In this document: piece by piece, positions 9,728-18,118 of the stretch | Layout: every line of letters starts with the position of its first letter | Position numbering within the stretch: the first letter of the stretch is position 1 | Source: Enterobacterales bacterium | GTDB taxonomy: Bacteria; Pseudomonadota; Gammaproteobacteria; Enterobacterales; GCA-2746155 | DNA length: 64,000 nucleotides | Assembly (NCBI GenBank): GCA_965250035.1 | Contig: OZ252282.1 | Coordinates: 2,472,515-2,536,514 of the forward strand | Direction: 5' to 3' | Translations under genes and position numbers: made by a program | The notes under the pieces: generated by a model | Database searches by the model: none | Seen by the model: the letters and a program-made list of their open reading frames with translations, nothing else | Told to the model about the DNA's origin: nothing

Positions 9728-10357
9728 ATGACTGGAATATCCAAAACTGTTTTACTGTTGGTTACATTTATAATGATGGTAATAGGCGCCTTTACGTTTA
9801 AGGTTCTCAAGACAAGTGCCGAGCCGGATATTCAAGCCATGATTTATCCAAAGCCAAAACAACTGCCTGAATTTACCATGACCGCCCATACAAACACTGA
9901 GTTCAGTCAAGATCAGCTGCTGGGTAAGTGGTCAATCGTATTTTTTGGCTTCACCTTTTGTCCGGACATATGTCCGACGACTATGGCGTCACTAGGAGAA
10001 GTTGCTAATAACATACCCGCTGATGTGGCACAGAAAACACAATTTGTATTTGTATCTGTCGATCCAGAACGTGATACGGTTGAGCAACTCGCAGGATACG
10101 TCCCGTTTTTCAACGAAGAATTTATCGGCGTGGTTGGTACACCGGAGCAATTAGAAATATTTTCCAAGAGTCTGGGTGCTGTCTATTTGAAGGTTCCATT
10201 TGGCGACTCTTATCAGATGCAGCACACAGGACGCATCTTCATCATCAATCCGCAGGGACAACGGTTTGGGATATTTGCTGAGGATCATAGTAATCCCGGA
10301 GTTCTTGATGTGCCTACCATGACTTCAGACTTAACACAGATAGTTAGAAGTTACTGA
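9728..10357 (+). CDS. SCO1/SenC family copper chaperone
   Basis: N-terminal TM, thioredoxin-fold CxxxC motif FGFTFCPDICP, and a distal His (MQHTGRIFIINPQG). Confidence 0.9.
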   Translation: MTGISKTVLLLVTFIMMVIGAFTFKVLKTSAEPDIQAMIYPKPKQLPEFTMTAHTNTEFSQDQLLGKWSIVFFGFTFCPDICPTTMASLGEVANNIPADVAQKTQFVFVSVDPERDTVEQLAGYVPFFNEEFIGVVGTPEQLEIFSKSLGAVYLKVPFGDSYQMQHTGRIFIINPQGQRFGIFAEDHSNPGVLDVPTMTSDLTQIVRSY

Positions 10358-10791
10358 TCCTTATCTAGAATTACAGGGCCCGGACCTGAACTAGCGAGCT
10401 TGTCATCAGCATTGTATATCGGACATGTCTTCATCGAGAGACAACCACAACCGATGCATCCAGTGACGTGATCTCGTAGGCGCTGAAGATAATCTATCCG
10501 ACGATTTAGTTCCGCCTGCCACCGCTTACTAAGCCGCTTCCAATCATCCAATGAGGCAGTTCGATCGTGTGGTAATTCCCGAAAGGATTCTTCAATATCT
10601 GATAAAGTCAGCCCCATTTTCTGGGCTGCCTTAATCAGCGAAACTCGGCGCAGGACATCCTTGCGATATCGTCTCTGATTTCCAGAATTACGCACGCTAC
10701 TAATCAGACCGCGTTCTTCATAATAGTGCAATGTACTGACGTTGACTCCACAGCGACTGGCTAATTCGCCGACTGACAATGCATGATCCAT
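10351..10791 (-). CDS. soxR: redox-sensitive MerR-family transcriptional activator SoxR
   Basis: MerR HTH (LSVGELASRCGVNVSTLHYYE) plus the SoxR [2Fe-2S] cysteine cluster CIGCGCLSMKTCP. Its 3' end overlaps the convergent SCO1 gene by 7 nt. Confidence 0.92.
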   Translation of the reverse strand: MDHALSVGELASRCGVNVSTLHYYEERGLISSVRNSGNQRRYRKDVLRRVSLIKAAQKMGLTLSDIEESFRELPHDRTASLDDWKRLSKRWQAELNRRIDYLQRLRDHVTGCIGCGCLSMKTCPIYNADDKLASSGPGPVILDKDQ

Positions 10792-10828
10792 TATTTGGCC
10801 CTCTTACTAATTTAAATTAAAAAACCTA

Positions 10829-10859
10829 TTGACCTCAAGTTAACTTGAGGTTTTATGAT
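10829..10859 (+). promoter_or_regulatory. SoxR box inside a 19-bp-spacer sigma-70 promoter
   Basis: TTGACC (10829-10834), then a 19-bp spacer, then TATGAT (10854-10859). The spacer contains the perfect 18-bp palindrome CCTCAAGTTAACTTGAGG (10833-10850), matching the E. coli soxS operator as I recall it. It sits 32 nt upstream of ATG 10891. Confidence 0.85.
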
Positions 10860-10890
10860 ACCTACATGCGTTCTAAATTAACACTAGGGA

Positions 10891-11316
10891 ATGAATATGA
10901 TTAAACTGGAACATGTAAATATGGTTGTGCGTGATCTCGCTAAGAGCCTAACTTTTTATCAGGCAGCTTTTCCGCACTGGAGCGTACGAGCGAAGGGCAG
11001 TCGAGCCTGGTATGGCAAACCAAGTAACTGGTTACATTTTGGCGACGACTATCAGTACCTTGCTTTTAGTGACCATGGAGAGGGGTGTAATAGAGATTTG
11101 CAGGGACATCAAATTGGACTCGCACATATCGCTTTCGAAGTATCTAATCTAGATGCGATGATTGGCCGCTTACAGGATGAAGGCTTTGAAATCGCAATAG
11201 AAGGAGCAGAGTCAAAAGTCCGTAAGAATGTCTATTTCATGGACCCCGATGGCTTCGAAATTGAATTTGTTGAGTATCTGACCGATGTTCCTGAACAACG
11301 AAATTCGCTAGATTGA
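10891..11316 (+). CDS. VOC (glyoxalase/bleomycin-resistance/dioxygenase) family protein
   Basis: 141 aa. Motifs LEHVNMVVRDLAKSLTFY, GLAHIAFEV and DPDGFEIEFVEY are typical of the VOC fold. Confidence 0.8.
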   Translation: MNMIKLEHVNMVVRDLAKSLTFYQAAFPHWSVRAKGSRAWYGKPSNWLHFGDDYQYLAFSDHGEGCNRDLQGHQIGLAHIAFEVSNLDAMIGRLQDEGFEIAIEGAESKVRKNVYFMDPDGFEIEFVEYLTDVPEQRNSLD

Positions 11317-11329
11317 GCGTTAAATAGCA

Positions 11330-11881
11330 ATGGAAAAAATCATTCACTTGACAGATTTTGTTGATTGCCAATACTATCGACCTGTCGAAGCTGTATTCTG
11401 GTTGAATCGTATGAACACTATCAAAGATCGAGGTCCCGGCGTTTGTTTACCGCCTCCCATCATTTTTATCGTCGCGATGGGGCTTGGCTATCTTTTCGAA
11501 CGGCTTTACCCTCTGGCTAAGCTCAATTCGTACTTCTGGTTACTTATCGGAAGTACCGGAATCATTCTCTGCGTTGGCGTTCTGGGATATGCTGCGTTCA
11601 CCTTCAAGAATGCCCGGACTCATATTGAACCATGGCGACCTGCGACTAGCCTGATTACTACAGGTCTGTATAGCATTAGTCGCAATCCAATCTATCTGAC
11701 ATTTATCATATTCAATGTGTGTCTTGGACTTGTTCTTTCCAATCTCTGGATTGTTATTTTCACCGTGCCTGCAATTTGGATACTCAAAACTTACGTCATT
11801 AGTAAGGAAGAAGCTTATCTTGAAGCCACCTTCCTGGATAAATATATCACTTATAAAAGAAAGGTTCGTCGCTGGTTATAG
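11330..11881 (+). CDS. ICMT/PEMT-type membrane methyltransferase family protein
   Basis: Polytopic, with the motif GLYSISRNPIYLTFIIF and a C-terminal EEAYLEATFLDKYITYKRKVRRW typical of the isoprenylcysteine carboxyl methyltransferase family. The start is uncertain (Met 28 is possible). Confidence 0.7.
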   Translation: MEKIIHLTDFVDCQYYRPVEAVFWLNRMNTIKDRGPGVCLPPPIIFIVAMGLGYLFERLYPLAKLNSYFWLLIGSTGIILCVGVLGYAAFTFKNARTHIEPWRPATSLITTGLYSISRNPIYLTFIIFNVCLGLVLSNLWIVIFTVPAIWILKTYVISKEEAYLEATFLDKYITYKRKVRRWL

Positions 11882-11925
11882 ACAGTCAGCGACTATTTCC
11901 CCCTGAGGGTTAATCAAAACAAGTC

Positions 11926-13284
11926 ATGATATCAGCTGTCGAACTCAAACGTTATTGGCAAGATAAAGTCCTGCATAAATCTGTCTGGGCACTTGCCTGG
12001 CCGATGATTCTCTCAAACATCACGATACCATTACTCGGCCTGGTTGATACAGCAGTTCTGGGACATCTGGAGCATGCTAAATATATGGCGGCCGTGGCAC
12101 TTGGATCGATTATCATTGCGATGGTTGTCTGGGGTTGCAATTTCCTGCGAATGGGTACGACTGGTTTCACTGCACAAGCCCTCGGGAGGGAGGATAAAGG
12201 CGAAATCAAAGCGATCTTCTGGCGCTCACTCTTGATGGCTCAGGCAATTGCGTGGATCGTCATACTGTTCCAGAACCCGTATGCTAATATTGCTTTCTTC
12301 TTCCTCGATGGCAGCGCCGAAGTTCAGGCGCTAGCGCGCGATTATTTCGATATAAGGATTTGGGGCCTACCTGCCTCTATTGCAAATTTTGCCCTAGTCG
12401 GCTGGTTCCTGGGATTACACAATACCCGCATCCCACTCCTGATACTGGTTTGTACTAATAGCCTCAATATGGTGCTCAATGTCATCTTCGTTCTGGGCTT
12501 TAATTGGCATGTTGAGGGTGTTGCATACGCCTCATTGATTAGTGAATATACCGGCCTGTTAATTGGCTTGTATTTTGTGCGTCGTGAAATTGCGAAATAT
12601 ATAGCCCAGATCTCACTATCACAGGTTCTTGATTCGCAATCGATGCTTAAAATGTTCGTCACTAACCGGGACATTTTCATTCGTACCATGGCGCTGGAGT
12701 GCGTTTTCTTTTTCATGGCCGCAGCCGGTGCAAAAATGGGAGCGAATATATTGGCTGCCAATGCGGTATTACTCAATTTCCTGTTTCTGATTGCCAATGG
12801 CCTCGATGGTCTGGCACAGGCGATAGAAGCGTTAGTGGGAAAGGCCATTGGCGCACGCGATAAGTATCATTTCAATGCATCTATTGTGGTCGCAAGCGGC
12901 TGGTCAGTTCTGATGAGCATTGCATATATGCTGTTATTCTTGCTGTTTGGAGACTGGATAATATATCTACTAACTGACATTCCTGATGTCATAGAGACTG
13001 CGAACACCTATTTGCTTTGGTTGGTCTTTTTACCCCTAAATGGCGTATGGAGCTATTTACTAGACGGAATTTTTATTGGTGCCACTCGGGCCAAAGCAAT
13101 GCGAGACAGCATGCTTATCGCAACAATTATCGGTTTCATTCCTTCCTGGTATATGCTGCAACCTCTACACAATCATGGCCTATGGATGGCATTTCATATT
13201 TTTATGGTTGTACGAGCGATTGTATTAGGCGTTGTGTTTGTCAGGATCCAACGAGCGAATGGCTTTATAGGCCAACCAACTTAG
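11926..13284 (+). CDS. MATE family efflux transporter (DinF-like)
   Basis: 452 aa, 12-TM-like. The N-terminus WALAWPMILSNITIPLLGLVDTAVLGHL is typical of MATE transporters. Confidence 0.9.
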   Translation: MISAVELKRYWQDKVLHKSVWALAWPMILSNITIPLLGLVDTAVLGHLEHAKYMAAVALGSIIIAMVVWGCNFLRMGTTGFTAQALGREDKGEIKAIFWRSLLMAQAIAWIVILFQNPYANIAFFFLDGSAEVQALARDYFDIRIWGLPASIANFALVGWFLGLHNTRIPLLILVCTNSLNMVLNVIFVLGFNWHVEGVAYASLISEYTGLLIGLYFVRREIAKYIAQISLSQVLDSQSMLKMFVTNRDIFIRTMALECVFFFMAAAGAKMGANILAANAVLLNFLFLIANGLDGLAQAIEALVGKAIGARDKYHFNASIVVASGWSVLMSIAYMLLFLLFGDWIIYLLTDIPDVIETANTYLLWLVFLPLNGVWSYLLDGIFIGATRAKAMRDSMLIATIIGFIPSWYMLQPLHNHGLWMAFHIFMVVRAIVLGVVFVRIQRANGFIGQPT

Positions 13285-14305
13285 GTGCCTTGAAAAAGAC
13301 CACGCATAGCATGCCTGTCCTAAGATGTAGATCCTTACGCGATCGACTGGTTATACGGACACTGATATATTGACCGGCTACCAGGACAGAGACATAACAT
13401 AACCCATCTCGGTCATCACCAATTGCATGCACAACTCCTTCAAGTTGATTCAATATACTGGATTCCATCAACTTATATCGACTCAAACTAATATCACGCA
13501 GTGGTACTGTTAACCTTTGTATGACATCTGTTGGTGCTTCACCTAGCGCCCAAATTATCTGATCCGGATCATCACTCAGATGAAGAACCTGAATGTCATC
13601 TTCTGATCGTAACCAGCGGGTCTCGATAATATTCTCATACGCATATTGATCAATGTAATCTGAATTCACTGCCTGAATAAGTTCGCTATAGGTCATTAAC
13701 GCAGCTGTATCTGGGCGAGTCATGTGCAATACATCATCTGCGACTAACGCCATTTCATGTACGTCATGTGTCACGTAAAGAATGGGGCTCATTTCTGCTC
13801 GATGCCATTTTTTTAAGCGTGTCAGGATTCTATGAAGTCGCGGCTTATCCAGGGCTGAGAAGGGCTCATCAAATAGGTGTAACCGACTTTTTGACAACAT
13901 CACAAGACAGAAGCTGACAGCCTGTGTTTCACCACCAGATAGCTCACCGGTCTTGCGGTCGAGAAGGGATTCAATTTCGACCATCTCGATCATCTCAGTT
14001 AGTTGTTTATCCGGCTCTGGAGCTTCAGAAAACTTTAACGCGAGTTCAAGGTTCTCTCTCACTGTCAGTGTATTAATCAGATTTTGTCGTTGAGACAGAT
14101 AGGAGAAATTACGTTTTTCAGCCTTCAAATGGTTTTTTGCGTCCTCAATTGTCTCGCCATCATATGTCAGTGTTCCATTTAACGGGACATGACCGGCGAT
14201 TTGTTTCAGCAAAGTCGATTTACCAACACCTGATGCCCCAAAGATTACTGTGATTGCCTCTTTCCGTATACTCGCATCAATTCTTTGATTCTTGACGTGT
14301 ATCAT
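13265..14305 (-). CDS. modC: molybdate ABC transporter ATP-binding protein with C-terminal TOBE/Mop domain
   Basis: Walker A GASGVGKST, signature LSGGE, Walker B LHLFDEP, H-loop YVTHD, and a roughly 120-aa C-terminal TOBE-like domain. ATGA overlap with the modB stop. The 3' end overlaps the MATE gene by 20 nt. Confidence 0.8.
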   Translation of the reverse strand: MIHVKNQRIDASIRKEAITVIFGASGVGKSTLLKQIAGHVPLNGTLTYDGETIEDAKNHLKAEKRNFSYLSQRQNLINTLTVRENLELALKFSEAPEPDKQLTEMIEMVEIESLLDRKTGELSGGETQAVSFCLVMLSKSRLHLFDEPFSALDKPRLHRILTRLKKWHRAEMSPILYVTHDVHEMALVADDVLHMTRPDTAALMTYSELIQAVNSDYIDQYAYENIIETRWLRSEDDIQVLHLSDDPDQIIWALGEAPTDVIQRLTVPLRDISLSRYKLMESSILNQLEGVVHAIGDDRDGLCYVSVLVAGQYISVRITSRSRKDLHLRTGMLCVVFFKAPKLVGL

Positions 14306-15000
14306 TTGTTTGCGCTTACTAGTCTGAAAGGATTGCCGGTTTTAGAATAAGTGATCACCAAGATAATGAGTGACAAGGTAAGCAAGATAGCGGAAGTGAG
14401 ATGGGCTTGTCGGTAGTTTAATGTCTCCACATGATCATAAAGCGCAATTGAAATGACTTGCGTCTCGCCTGGAATATTTCCACCAATCATTAGGACGACA
14501 CCGAACTCTCCTACTGTGTGTGCGAATCCTAGAGTCATCGCAGCAATAAAACTCGTCTTGCAATAGGGTAACATCAAATATCTTTGTCGTTGCCAGAATG
14601 ACATGCCCATAGAAGAATATACATCGATTAACTCCTGTGGAACCCTTGCAAAAGCTTGCTGCATTGGCTGAACCACAAACGGTAAAGAATAGATCATTGA
14701 TCCAATAATGAGTGCATCGAAACTAAAGGCAAGCTGCCGATTAAACAACCACTGCCATAGTTCACCGATCATGGTTTGTGGTGCAAAAAAGATTAGTAAG
14801 TAAAAACCAAGTACCGTGGGCGGCAAGACAAGAGGTAATGCGATCACAGCTTCAAGAAACGATTTCAAAGGGTGGGTCATTCTGCTAAGCCACCAGGCGA
14901 CTGGTAATGCTACCAACATAAGAAATAGGGTAGAAATACCTGCCAGTTTGAACGTCAGCCAAAGTGCCGTGATATCAGTATCTGTGAGTAATGGGGTCAT
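14302..15000 (-). CDS. modB: molybdate ABC transporter permease
   Basis: Aligns from ATG 15000 (MTPLLTDTDITALWLTFK...) with the remembered ModB N-terminus. Motifs LPLVLPPTVLGFYLL and GEFGVVLMIGGNIPGET. The track start at 15057 is probably too long. Confidence 0.85.
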   Translation of the reverse strand: MTPLLTDTDITALWLTFKLAGISTLFLMLVALPVAWWLSRMTHPLKSFLEAVIALPLVLPPTVLGFYLLIFFAPQTMIGELWQWLFNRQLAFSFDALIIGSMIYSLPFVVQPMQQAFARVPQELIDVYSSMGMSFWQRQRYLMLPYCKTSFIAAMTLGFAHTVGEFGVVLMIGGNIPGETQVISIALYDHVETLNYRQAHLTSAILLTLSLIILVITYSKTGNPFRLVSANK

Positions 15001-15394
15001 GGGTATGATTATTAATAAGCTCAAGTGTTTGCCCAAGTTGGCGTTGTTGCTCAACACTCAAAGGCTCTAAAGCCTGGGTTAGCCATTCATGGTAATACTG
15101 TAAGTCCCTCTCGAGGATCTCTTTTCCAAGGCGACTCAGCATATAATAGCGTTGTCGGCGGTCGGATTTTGCAAATCCTTTAACTACGAGCTGTTGTTCT
15201 AACAATTGTGACATCATGACACTCATGCTGGACTTTCGGACGTTTCGAAGCTTGGCTAATTGCGATAAGTTTGCAGCCTTCTCATGGGACAGTATCAGTA
15301 GCACCTGACGTTGCGCCAATGGTAGCACAAAAGATAGGCTACGCATTTTTTCTACCAGGCAATCAAATTGTTGAATAATTGTTGCTTGTATCAT
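14975..15394 (-). CDS. MarR family transcriptional regulator
   Basis: 139 aa with a winged HTH (LSQLAKLRNVRKSSMSVMMSQLLEQQLVVKGFAKSDRR). The stop overlaps the modB start by 26 nt. Confidence 0.85.
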   Translation of the reverse strand: MIQATIIQQFDCLVEKMRSLSFVLPLAQRQVLLILSHEKAANLSQLAKLRNVRKSSMSVMMSQLLEQQLVVKGFAKSDRRQRYYMLSRLGKEILERDLQYYHEWLTQALEPLSVEQQRQLGQTLELINNHTHDPITHRY

Positions 15395-15397
15395 AGG

Positions 15398-15432
15398 GAT
15401 ATTTAATTAGTTAGTCTAACTAATTAAATATC
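15398..15432. promoter_or_regulatory. 35-bp perfect palindrome, probable MarR operator
   Basis: GATATTTAATTAGTTAG-T-CTAACTAATTAAATATC: 17-bp arms around a single centre base, verified base by base. It starts 4 nt upstream of the marR ATG. Confidence 0.6.
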
Positions 15433-15498
15433 AAGACAAACATCTTTGCAACAATAATTACGTCTTTCAAGGTGGATATCTCTATAGAAATGAACTGA

Positions 15499-17970
15499 CT
15501 ATGATTTGATATTGGTTATTTTGGTGAATTGCTGTAACTGTTGCTCTACAGAATAGGGCAATAGGGCTAACACGCTGCGATGTAAGACATTAATTTGCTC
15601 TCCCATGATCAATTTACCATCCTCAGTGCTGGTAATTGCTCCACGATCCCTTAGTAGTGACACAAGCATGGAGAAAATATTCTTATCAAAGGCTTCTGGT
15701 GCATTGATGTCATATAGAATCGCGAGTCGCTCTGCGAGTGTTTGGGCATTAGACTCCAATTCTTTGCGACTATATTGCTGGTTGGTCAGACGACTACCCA
15801 CCAGCAGTGTTAAAACAATTGAGAAGCGCTTGAGAATATTTTGCAGTATTTCACTCATGAGTATCAGGCTCTGAAGTTCATCAGTCTGACGCTCAGCTCG
15901 CGTTAGAATATCCTCGTCCTCGGTGAGAAACCCTTTCGCGATAAAATAATCCACAAACTGAGTTAGCTTGGCCTCAAATTGTGACTGATTCCAGTGTAAG
16001 AACAACTCACTACGCAGGTACGGGTAGATCATATTACAATAATCCAACAACTTGCCACGGCTCATGCTCCTGGTATAGCGGAAGCAACAGGCGATGAGTG
16101 CTGGCATTACGAATAAATGGATAATATTGTTACGGTAGTAGGTCATCAATATGGCCTGATCATCCGTCATGAAAACTATGTCACCCATTTGCTGTTTTGC
16201 GAGTTGGACGGCATTGAGGCTCATGGCACTATCCAAAACGTCTTGGGCAGATCCATCTGGGAAAATTATTGAATCGCTGTAGGGGTGCTCACGTAAGATA
16301 TCCAAGTACAGTTCAAGCTGCTGTAGTAATTCATTGACATCGATCGCACAACGCGGAGTCGCCAATAATACGAGTGAAACTAGCGTCATAGGACTTACCG
16401 CTGTTGCGCTATTGATACCACGCATAACTTTATCGGCTAAAAACTTCACTTCACCTGAGAACCAGGCAGGCCTTTCATCCGAGTCTACAGGAAAGTCGCG
16501 CCAGTCAGAACGGCGTTTATCTAGGGTTGTAGCGATGCAAATGGGTTCACCGAAGTTCACATTGACCTTACCATATGACTGCTTGAGTATTTTCTTTCGG
16601 GCACCCAATAACTGCCCGATTGATTCGGACTGCTTATTTGCACCGCGCAATTCTCCGATATAGCTATTACCTTCCATGATCTTGTCGTAACCAATATAGA
16701 TTGGCACGAACTGCAATGGTTTCTTACGTCCACGCAGGACATTTTCCAGTGTCATCGAGACCATTCCAGTTTTCGGTGCAAGCAGCCTTCCAGTACGTGA
16801 ACGACCACCCTCCGGGAAAAATTCAACACTGTAGCCACGATTGAATAGAATGTTTAGATACTCATTGAATACTGAGCTGTACAACTTATTACCACTGAAG
16901 GAGCGACGAAGGAAAAAAGCGCCCCCCATCCTTAGGATGCCACCGACTGGCCAGAAATTTAAATTGATACCGGCTGCAATATGCGGTGGTACTAATCCTT
17001 GGTGAAACAATACATAAGAAACCAAGAGATAATCCATATGACTTCGATGACATGGTACGTAAACCAGCTCGTTATCACGGGCCAATTCGCGTAAGCGCTC
17101 AGCATGATTTACCTCAACACCGTCATAAATCTTACGTAAGATCCAGCCAAGTATTTTTTCCAGAAAACGCATCATGAAATAAGAATAATTGCCCGATATC
17201 TCCCAGCCATACGACATAGCCAATTTACGCGCTTTTTCTATGGAGATCTTCTTTTTGGTCGACTCACGTTCTATGGCTTTTTGTACGGCAGGTTGATCGA
17301 CAATCTCGCGGATAAGTGTGCGTCGCTCATACAAACTTGGGCCTAATGAGGCCGTGCGTTGATTATGAAAATAGATTCTTAATTGACGCGCTAGCTTTAA
17401 TACGCGATGTGAGCGCTTACCATCATGATCCAGCACGTGAGACAGGTCGATCGGTTTATTGAACGTCACTAATGAACTGCGCCCGAAGAAGAATAACACC
17501 AATGGTTTTTGAATAAAGCCGAGCGTTCTAGCTGTTCCAGAAAAGAAGAGGCGGATTAGAGATTTTTCCTTACCGGGATTCCTGCCCCAACTGATGGTTA
17601 CAGGCACAATCTGTATGTTGAGATCCTCAGACTGCTCCTGACGGTCCAGTATCTGGCTAATTTTTTCGTAATGGCGTCGATAATAGGAATCTTTATTCCA
17701 GAAATGTCGTTTCTTCAAGACAAATAGGTAGCCGCTCTGATCGTCACGAGCAAGTGGCAAGGGCAATCCTAATTTTTCACACTCCTGCTCTAGTACGTTG
17801 AGGTCAGTCGCAGAATAATTATTCAATACATAATATATCGGTTGATTCAGATCCAGATCCAGATCCGCTACCGGGTCCTCAGGCAGAATGCTTGGCTTGG
17901 CAAATAATTTTACAGGCCACTGAACACTCTTGAATGTAATGCGCTTTAGCCTGGCAGATAAGGTCGTCAT
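15499..17970 (-). CDS. plsB: glycerol-3-phosphate 1-O-acyltransferase
   Basis: Strong full-length similarity to remembered E. coli PlsB, including VPCHRSHMDYLLVSYVL and EGGRSRTGRLL. ATG 17970 (MTTLSARLKR) fits the homologue's N-terminus better than the track start at 18030. Confidence 0.95.
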   Translation of the reverse strand: MTTLSARLKRITFKSVQWPVKLFAKPSILPEDPVADLDLDLNQPIYYVLNNYSATDLNVLEQECEKLGLPLPLARDDQSGYLFVLKKRHFWNKDSYYRRHYEKISQILDRQEQSEDLNIQIVPVTISWGRNPGKEKSLIRLFFSGTARTLGFIQKPLVLFFFGRSSLVTFNKPIDLSHVLDHDGKRSHRVLKLARQLRIYFHNQRTASLGPSLYERRTLIREIVDQPAVQKAIERESTKKKISIEKARKLAMSYGWEISGNYSYFMMRFLEKILGWILRKIYDGVEVNHAERLRELARDNELVYVPCHRSHMDYLLVSYVLFHQGLVPPHIAAGINLNFWPVGGILRMGGAFFLRRSFSGNKLYSSVFNEYLNILFNRGYSVEFFPEGGRSRTGRLLAPKTGMVSMTLENVLRGRKKPLQFVPIYIGYDKIMEGNSYIGELRGANKQSESIGQLLGARKKILKQSYGKVNVNFGEPICIATTLDKRRSDWRDFPVDSDERPAWFSGEVKFLADKVMRGINSATAVSPMTLVSLVLLATPRCAIDVNELLQQLELYLDILREHPYSDSIIFPDGSAQDVLDSAMSLNAVQLAKQQMGDIVFMTDDQAILMTYYRNNIIHLFVMPALIACCFRYTRSMSRGKLLDYCNMIYPYLRSELFLHWNQSQFEAKLTQFVDYFIAKGFLTEDEDILTRAERQTDELQSLILMSEILQNILKRFSIVLTLLVGSRLTNQQYSRKELESNAQTLAERLAILYDINAPEAFDKNIFSMLVSLLRDRGAITSTEDGKLIMGEQINVLHRSVLALLPYSVEQQLQQFTKITNIKS

Positions 17971-18118
17971 AATACTTATTGCGATCCTATGTTTTTGGCA
18001 ATTGTACCCAGTTTCCATAGAAACAGCCATTCCTGTTGGTCTGGTTTTTACTTGAGCCTAATATGCATTGTCTCTAAGATAGAACCTATGTTTCTTATTC
18101 GGATGAGCCGTTTTATCA

